Of a stretch of 64,000 nucleotides of DNA, positions 57,201 to 64,000 are shown piece by piece. Position numbers and translations under genes: made by a program. Each line of letters begins with the position of its first letter. Within the stretch, counting starts at the first letter, position 1. Source of the stretch: Epithemia pelagica (Eukaryota; Protista; Bacillariophyta); contig OX337238.1 in NCBI GenBank assembly GCA_946965045.2, forward strand, positions 1,178,001-1,242,000. The letters are read 5' to 3'. The notes beneath the pieces were generated by a model, which was not told where the DNA came from, did not search any database, and saw nothing but the letters and a program-made list of their open reading frames with translations.

Positions 57201-57835
57201 GAGGTAGACCATCGATGGAAAAGTGGTAGTACATAAAATGATAAGAGCACTTCAACGGATTGAGGGCTCCTCCAGACAAACCAAGAAGATCATTCCATCT
57301 CTGAGCATCTTCCTGCGCTTTGGACAAGTAATATTCAGGTGGTGCTGGATCGGTACGACAAAAATCGTTTACGCTGCCGCTAGTATCGTCGACAAACCCG
57401 ATCATGTTGATTGTGGTGCGAATTTTGCCGTCAGGAGAGACAAACGTGGCTCCGTGGGACTTCTCTTCATAGGTGTCAAAAAGAACGCTCGAGATCACAC
57501 ACCATATCGCAGGGGAATTACCGGCGCCCTGTCCTGAACCATAAATCGGGTAGATCGTACAATGCTTGTAAGAACTCTCAGAAACCCCCAATTGTGTTTT
57601 AAGATAATACTTCGCTTCAGCCAATGTCTTGGCGTTGATAAAGACAATCGATCGGTTCTGTCCGAAACTCCGCGAGACCAAACTGCCAACCGATAATACA
57701 ATCCGATCATAGCAAGCCGTGGCATCATAGTCGAGATGTACCAGAGGGCGTTTGCTTGCACGTGATATTTCATATTGAAATTCTTCACAAAGCGTTGGAA
57801 TCACTGCGTCCCGTAAGGGGTATATTCTTTGGGTC
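54210..57835 (-). mobile_element. 5'-truncated LINE (non-LTR retrotransposon with RT, RNase H and C-terminal zinc finger); ends approximate
   Basis: The ORF begins abruptly inside RT with no endonuclease or ORF1. About 200-nt GC-rich 3' UTR. No poly(A) or TSD identified. Confidence 0.85.
54421..57830 (-). CDS. LINE ORF2 fragment: RT, RNase H, CCHC finger (open frame, no start)
   Basis: DYDATACYDRI, GSGQGAGNSP, GFVDDT, KTLGV (RT); CSDGS, RAESYG, YTDSES, HVKGHQD, NVDAD (RH); CPLC...ETLTHFLRC. Confidence 0.88.
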
Positions 57836-57921
57836 CATAAAAAATAGAAAAGCGAAGCCCCCAAATCCAGAGACACAAAGAACAACACAAAACAGAAAAA
57901 AAACAAGAACGAAAGAAAAGG

Positions 57922-59310
57922 ATGACGACGATAACAAGCATCCTGGACCTATGGTCGTCCTTTGGATCGTCCCTCTTGGTTCGAAGAGATCCCATGGTCG
58001 TGATTATGGATGTGGTGGCACTGGTGGTTGTGACAATCGTCCTGGCCTGGAGGATGGCAGCATCCCCCCAATCACCCAAGGACATTCACGACGACGACCG
58101 CACGACTACTCGTCCGAGCAATACTGCCAGTGCGATTCCCTATTTCACACCCTGTCCCAATCCTCAGTGTGTTCGATGTCAAACCTATGGCCAAGTTCAA
58201 GAGTTGGCGCAACGACGATTGCAAAGATTGCGCATTCATGAAACAGACGATCCGGCCCAACGAGTCATTGAGGCGGTTCAACAAGGACCACACCAGTATT
58301 ACTGTCACGAGGACTCTGAGAATGATGAGATCGAAACTGTCGTCACAACTACCAATACAAACAAGGAACAAGCGATGAGGAAGCATGACGTGGTATCTCC
58401 CTGTAAGGGTCAATATCCGACCGTCTTGTTGGTTCCTGGATTGCCGGTGCAACCCATGGCCACGGCCTGGCATGCCACTGTGTGTAGTGCCTTTCAAGCC
58501 AAGGCGTCGGAACTCTGGCTGGAATACCAACGAGCCCATACTGCCATTGTCGAGGAGCCCCACAACCACAACAACCACAACAACAGTACTACTAGTACTA
58601 CGATTGGATTGCAGTATTTGGACAATGATGTCCCCGAGGGTGGACAGTGGCAAGCCTTGCATTTGCTCAATCAAGGCATTTGGCAACAACCGCACTCGGT
58701 CTTGCAACGACACTTTTCCAGTCTTCTTGACTTGGTGGAACACTATGCCGACCAGATTCTTTCCCCCGGAGTCGTCTTTGGCAATATTTTCTTTTCCGTC
58801 TTGACGGCTGGAACGGTCATTGAACCGCATTGTGGACCCACCAACATTCGACATCGACTCCACGTTACCTTGCAACCAGCAGGAGGAATGGATGATCGTA
58901 CCGAGAAGAAGAAGAATGTCTCCCCCACAACCACCACCAAGGCCGTGGCGCGTCCCACCTTGCATTTGCACAATTGTCCATCCCAACAGCCCTGGCAGAG
59001 TCGGGGACAAACCTTTGTCATGGACGATTCCTTGGTACATGGGGTCGACTACTTGTTTGGTGACAACAACGACGATGACAAGAACAACATTGACAAGAAC
59101 GACGATGCAACTCCACGAGTCGTGTTGATTGTCGATTTGTGGCATCCTCATTTGACGGCTGCCGAACGACAACTCTTGGTCGAATTGTATCAAAACAAAC
59201 AAAACAACAAGAAGGAAAAGGAAAAGAGTCCCCTGGATGGAAGTATCAATACAGATATCAACAACAGCGAAGAGGATGTCACGGAAATCACAACGGACGA
59301 CGCCTATTAG
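57922..59310 (+). CDS. Aspartyl/asparaginyl beta-hydroxylase-domain protein (2OG-Fe(II) dioxygenase) with N-terminal TM
   Basis: FSVLTAGTVIEPHCGPTNIRHRLHV, FVMDDSLVHGV and RVVLIVDLWHP motifs. Confidence 0.9.
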   Translation: MTTITSILDLWSSFGSSLLVRRDPMVVIMDVVALVVVTIVLAWRMAASPQSPKDIHDDDRTTTRPSNTASAIPYFTPCPNPQCVRCQTYGQVQELAQRRLQRLRIHETDDPAQRVIEAVQQGPHQYYCHEDSENDEIETVVTTTNTNKEQAMRKHDVVSPCKGQYPTVLLVPGLPVQPMATAWHATVCSAFQAKASELWLEYQRAHTAIVEEPHNHNNHNNSTTSTTIGLQYLDNDVPEGGQWQALHLLNQGIWQQPHSVLQRHFSSLLDLVEHYADQILSPGVVFGNIFFSVLTAGTVIEPHCGPTNIRHRLHVTLQPAGGMDDRTEKKKNVSPTTTTKAVARPTLHLHNCPSQQPWQSRGQTFVMDDSLVHGVDYLFGDNNDDDKNNIDKNDDATPRVVLIVDLWHPHLTAAERQLLVELYQNKQNNKKEKEKSPLDGSINTDINNSEEDVTEITTDDAY

Positions 59311-60067
59311 GGGACCATACCAAGAGACACAAGGCACCATTTCACGAGAAGAGAACGAAATCACACGCACACACGTAGACTTTTTGCTGTTGTGGACAAT
59401 GTCAAAAGGGGTTGGCTCGTCTCGTTTCTAAGCCCAACAAAAGAAAGGTGGTGAACGCCAGACAGCATACAAAGTCTTGGTGGTGTGTCGGAGTGTGTGT
59501 GTGTGTTGCAGCTTGCAGCAGCTCTGCTTGTACGAGATGTATATGTCCTGTAATACTATAGGAGAGCAAGTCCGTTTGAATGAAACACACATTCCCAAAA
59601 AAGTCAACTCTAAATTGTATCAGCTGTCCATGTATTCGTAAAACCAGACAAGGATTCCAAGATGGGTCATGTGGACCTACTCCCGGAGCATTGTTGTGTG
59701 CGTGTGCAAACCTTTGTGGTCTCCCAAACGACGTTGAAAGTTCCGAAGAAATCAACCACAGATAACAGACACAGGAACAAGACTGACAAGAAAAGAAAGA
59801 AACGATCTACGGTTCGTGTGATATCGGTCGAAATAAAAAAAGAAACTCATCCTTATCCTCTTACAAATCTTGGCAGACCAAACCGAAGTAAGTGGTAGAG
59901 ACAAGTGTGGATTTGATTCCTGTTGCTCTGAATAACAGACTATTCATGCTGGTAAGAAACGCGACGACATCCACATCCAGCCGTCCTGTCCACCGTGTCA
60001 TGGTGGTTCTCATTTCCTTTCCAAACGCGAACCATCCAAGCCGAACCTCACAACAAAAACTCTTTTG

Positions 60068-62452
60068 ATGAAAAGAACCATGAACAATCGATTTGAAAAA
60101 GAAACCATTGAAGGTCTTCCGAACGATGTTGACATGAACAAAGAGGCCAGGGTTCGAATGGTCGCTGGATGGTCTCCTTCCATGGTGGAATCTGACTTGG
60201 TCACTAGTGCCTTGAAATACATTGGCTTTTTGCAGTGTCTTCATGCCACTGGAGTGACACTCCGTGACCCTTCGGATTACGCCATTGGCCGCTATCTCCA
60301 TTTCTGGCTTCCCTTGGTCGCCAAGTATCCAACCGAAAAAGTCCTGATTCCTCCTGTAGACATTGCCTGGTTGTGGCATTGTCATCGCCTGGCGCCGAGC
60401 CGTTACGAGGCCTATTGTCAGCATCAATTTGGACGCATTCTGGAATGCGAGGCACCCTTTGACTTTGTCGACCAAGAAACAGCTCACAACAATCAGGCAC
60501 GACATTATTGGTGGAATACCTATCCCTACGAACCCTTTTTCCCCTCCAATAGTAGCTTCATGGACATAACCTCATGGTCTACCGACGAGGCTTCGAGATA
60601 CCGCTTGGCAACGAATGAGTTGATCGCTTCGACAAGGCGACACCGTGACTTTTTATGGCACATTCGACAAGCCATCGTTCCGGACAATGAGGCCGACCTT
60701 GTGCGAGATGCCATTTTCCAGTACAAAAAGTTTATGGCGCTGAGTTCCAGCATCCAATCACTCCTGATCCCCACGTATCCAATTCTCTTGATTTGGGAAA
60801 CGCATATGTTAATTGGAATTGCACGCTACAATCATGATTGCCGCATCCTTCGACGAGGCGAATCCAAACAAACATTTCCGAACGATTTTGTCTACGATCG
60901 TTGCGCCACTAGCATGTCTCATTGGTGGCAGTCTGTCCAAGACACGCAACGCCATTGGATGTCTGTCTATGGCGAAGACTATGGGATAGACCAAGAAATG
61001 GATAGGGGTTCTCCCCCAGCTGACTATTATCGTTCCTCCTGGAAACCGCCGCCCTATGAACGGTGCTGTACAAATCACCACGACAAGCCTTGTCCTGGGA
61101 CAAGAGTCCAAGAATCAAGAAAGGAACAAGACTCTGTATGTTCTAACGACCTTCAGATTAGCGTGGACATGGACAACGCGGGAAGGATTCGAATAATGGC
61201 TGGTTCGTCTCCTCCATGTGTGGAATCTGACTTGGTCAACAGCGCTTTTAAATACATTCACTTTTTGAAGCGTCTTCATGCCACTGGAGTGACACTCCAA
61301 GACCCAACGGTTGATGCCGTGGACCGCTATATCAATTACTGGCTTCCTTTGGTCGACCAGCATGGATCCGATAAGGTACTGATTCCCCCAACCGACATTG
61401 CTTGGTTGTGGCATTGTCATCGACTAGCACCGGACCGCTACGAAACGTATTGCCACATACGATTTGGACGGATTCTGGAATGTCAGGAACCTTTTGACTT
61501 TGTTGAGGAACAAACTGTCCGCAACAGTGATCCCAGAACACTCTCCAAGGACTATTGGAGCGGGTCGTCCATAATCGAGGATTTGGTATCCTGTACCAAA
61601 CGGCACCGCAACTTTTTATGGCACATTGCAAAGCCCGCGTGTCAGGACAAGACCTTTCTGCGAGAAGGCGTTTCACAGTACACGAAATTTGTCGCTCTGA
61701 GTTCCATCGCTGGCACTTCATCGTCCTTCCGATATTCGTCATTGCCGCAGAGTAATACAACGTTTGGTTCTTGCCGACCCTTGATTCCCACCCACCAGAT
61801 TGCCTTGATGTGGCAAACTCATATTTTGATGGGCATTGAACAATACAACCACGATTGCAAAGTCTTTCGAGGAGGATCAGCATTGGTGCATGACAACTCG
61901 GTGTACGATCGTTCTTTCGACAACACGCCGAACTGGTGCTATTGCATGAACGATAGTCGACGTCGATGGAAAACCGTATACGGAGAAACGTATGGTGATC
62001 TGGATGCTGATAACCCTCCTCCAGAGTATTATTGCGCGAGTTGGAAGCCACGAACCGGGGCCAACCGAACAACCAGTCCTATAAACCATGCGACGGTGAA
62101 CGGACCACCATGGACGGAAACAAGCACCACACAATACAAGAAACCATCTAGTCCTATTATCCATTCGACATTTAAAGAATCACCACTGACGGAAACTATC
62201 CCCATTCTAAACAAGAAACCAAAGAAACGGTACCAGATCATGGCGGAATCTTTGATACGGACAAGGCACCACAAGGTACAATGTGAAAAAAGGCCAACTA
62301 CAAATCATACACAAAATCATAAAGAGTCACCAACACGCCCCAAACCCAAAAAACGCTATCAAGTCTTTCTCGAACGCAGACAGAGAAAGCAAGATACTGG
62401 ACCAAATGAGGGACGTGTCGGTGCTGTTTGTCGTCGCATTTCGTCGCGGTGA
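60068..62452 (+). CDS. GRDP/DUF1399-like protein with a tandem internal duplication
   Basis: Two copies of ...LIPP[VT]DIAWLWHCHRLAP.RYE.YC...FGRILEC and of ...LIPT..I.L.W.TH...YNHDC. Confidence 0.8.
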   Translation: MKRTMNNRFEKETIEGLPNDVDMNKEARVRMVAGWSPSMVESDLVTSALKYIGFLQCLHATGVTLRDPSDYAIGRYLHFWLPLVAKYPTEKVLIPPVDIAWLWHCHRLAPSRYEAYCQHQFGRILECEAPFDFVDQETAHNNQARHYWWNTYPYEPFFPSNSSFMDITSWSTDEASRYRLATNELIASTRRHRDFLWHIRQAIVPDNEADLVRDAIFQYKKFMALSSSIQSLLIPTYPILLIWETHMLIGIARYNHDCRILRRGESKQTFPNDFVYDRCATSMSHWWQSVQDTQRHWMSVYGEDYGIDQEMDRGSPPADYYRSSWKPPPYERCCTNHHDKPCPGTRVQESRKEQDSVCSNDLQISVDMDNAGRIRIMAGSSPPCVESDLVNSAFKYIHFLKRLHATGVTLQDPTVDAVDRYINYWLPLVDQHGSDKVLIPPTDIAWLWHCHRLAPDRYETYCHIRFGRILECQEPFDFVEEQTVRNSDPRTLSKDYWSGSSIIEDLVSCTKRHRNFLWHIAKPACQDKTFLREGVSQYTKFVALSSIAGTSSSFRYSSLPQSNTTFGSCRPLIPTHQIALMWQTHILMGIEQYNHDCKVFRGGSALVHDNSVYDRSFDNTPNWCYCMNDSRRRWKTVYGETYGDLDADNPPPEYYCASWKPRTGANRTTSPINHATVNGPPWTETSTTQYKKPSSPIIHSTFKESPLTETIPILNKKPKKRYQIMAESLIRTRHHKVQCEKRPTTNHTQNHKESPTRPKPKKRYQVFLERRQRKQDTGPNEGRVGAVCRRISSR

Positions 62453-62625
62453 CCAACAACAACAAAGGGATGCAGTGGGGGAGGAGCCAGCGTTGGCGGA
62501 GGAGATTGGGTGGGAGTGCCGCACGCTCAGAGCAACCCGCAAGACAAACAACGACCCGTGGTTGGTCCTTGTTTGTGGTGGTGATGATGGTCGCCCTTCT
62601 TTGGAATACTTGCGCGCTGGATTTA

Positions 62626-64000
62626 TTACAATTCGGGTCCCAAACTCAGGGCTCCCAAACTGCGCAAATATTGTACAATGGGATGATCTCGACCATGCCA
62701 CTTTTCCGCAATCCGAAGAGGGGTTTCTCCGTATCCACCATGGGTCCGACTATTGATACTGGCCCCCCGTTGAATCAACAATTCGACAATGTCCTTGTTC
62801 CCACTCACCACACCTTGATGCAAGACTTGCCATCCATTTTCGTCTCGTTCCGTCAAGAGCGTTTGCCTAGGGTTGTCAGCCTCCTCCTCCTGGGAATCCT
62901 CGTCGGAATCACGTGGACGCCGCCGACGACGACGTTTGGTTTCTTCCTCTTCTTCCAAGGCTTGCGCCAATTGCGCCAAATTGCCCGTCTTGGCCGCGAC
63001 ATGGGCGGTATTGGGCAATACCTTGTCGGGCGGGGTCCACCCTTCAGGATTTTCCGCCTTCCAATGGGCTTCTTCGGGCGATTCTCGTTGAATGTAGGGG
63101 GGCAAGGCCGTGCCATGTTCGGGTCCCGCCACACCCTTGGCAATGGTGGCGCGATACAGTTCCTCCACAGAAGTGGTAGCAGTACCAGTACCACTTTGTC
63201 GATGATAAATGCCCGACTGTTCATCTTGATGCAGGGCCGTCCCCGTGGGTTCAAAATGAATAAAAATCAAGGCCACAAAATCACCCTTGAGAGGAAAGGG
63301 ATGACCTGCGCGTGTTTCCAGAACAAGAAGAAGAACAACAACAAGAAGCACAACAACAAGAGGCAACACAAGAAAGAACAAACCAAACGCCGTTCGAGCA
63401 ATGAAACAGAATTCATTGAGTCATGACTCGACCCCCCACAAATTTGTTGGGCAAAACACACACTACTACGTACCATGAATGACGGAATGACTTTCAAAGA
63501 GAAACATATCTCCCGGTTCCAAGGTAATATTATGGGCCTGGCCGTCGTGATTGTAGACTTCGAGCGGCCAGGGTTCGTCGACTTGTTGGGCGACGGGGAT
63601 CATGGCACTGGCCACCAGGGGCAAGCGATCCACGTGCGGCAACATGATACTGCCTTCCCCATAGACGCGAATGCCATAGAGGGAACAGGGTTGCAATTCT
63701 TGGGCCGTCCATTCTTCCAACAGGGCCGCCGAGGCCTCCCAAATTTGCCGCTTGAGTTCTGGTCCCGATCCGCGCAAGCCTTGATCATCGACCGAAATCA
63801 AATACGTCGGTGCCTCCCAATAATTGACATAGGTATTGCCTTCCGGCCACTGTTCTTCTTGTCCCTTGTAATGATTTTGTTGCCAAAATTTGCGAATCAC
63901 TTGCGTCAAGGAGGGTGGGGCTTGAATCTTGGCAAAGCCCTGTTGCGTGAAATTGACCATGCTGGCTGGTTGTCGCAAATTCATCATCATGCGACTATAC
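62626..64000 (-). CDS. 2OG-Fe(II) oxygenase plus ankyrin-repeat protein; 5' end outside the window
   Basis: YGIRVY..GSIMLPHVDRLP, HSVIHG|HPFPLKG via intron 63306-63473. Ankyrin motifs DENGWQVLHQGV and GETPLRIA. The frame stays open to the window edge. Confidence 0.85.

Noticed and set aside
59580-59765. Small Cys-rich ORF as a metallothionein-like peptide
   Set aside because: 61 aa, irregular Cys spacing and no independent support.
58072-63426. Antisense ORFs 58072-59370 and 62428-63426
   Set aside because: They mirror well-supported genes on the opposite strand and carry no motifs of their own.
63290-63480. HGH instead of HGR as evidence that the 2OG-ankyrin gene is inactive
   Set aside because: The His iron ligands are intact, and the expected Arg is only recalled from family memory, so it cannot be supported without an alignment.
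1-64000. CRISPR arrays, rRNA or tRNA genes, prokaryotic operons
   Set aside because: No repeat-spacer array, cloverleaf or rRNA signature was seen. Genes are spliced, so the DNA is eukaryotic.

Overview
Eukaryotic, intron-containing nuclear DNA. The short GT-AG introns of 65-170 nt, Asn/Gln/Thr-rich linkers, CoDi-type Copia element and cyclase-PDE fusion point to a diatom, probably pennate; this assignment is inference. No CRISPR array, rRNA or tRNA gene was seen. Close to half the window is transposon-derived and five element types are present. (1) A two-ORF CRE-like non-LTR retrotransposon with RT and a restriction-like endonuclease (about 6.6-20.9 kb), sitting about 13 nt upstream of a WrbA-like gene. 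(2) A Ty1/Copia LTR element nested inside it (7754-14607, 785-bp LTRs, GTTAA TSD). (3) A tyrosine-recombinase (DIRS/Ngaro-type) retroelement (about 26.4-34.6 kb). (4) A piggyBac-like transposon with CTAG TSD (36269-38971). (5) A 5'-truncated LINE with RNase H (about 54.2-57.8 kb). Host genes include a SulP anion transporter, a sulfotransferase, a WrbA-like protein, an MRS2/CorA Mg channel, an MBL-fold protein, a class III cyclase-PDE fusion, a CIA30-like protein, a POR-like SDR, a TEX264/GyrI-like protein, an Asp/Asn beta-hydroxylase, a duplicated DUF1399/GRDP protein, a 2OG-Fe(II)-ankyrin protein and several hypotheticals. The most notable leads are a possible cytosine-methyltransferase-like domain at the N-terminus of the DIRS-type RT ORF, a Copia primer-binding site shaped like a tRNA anticodon arm (half-tRNA priming), non-canonical piggyBac ends, CpG decay across three of the TEs, and a duplicated SYCE2-like coiled-coil protein. 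All family assignments come from motif recognition only; no searches were run.
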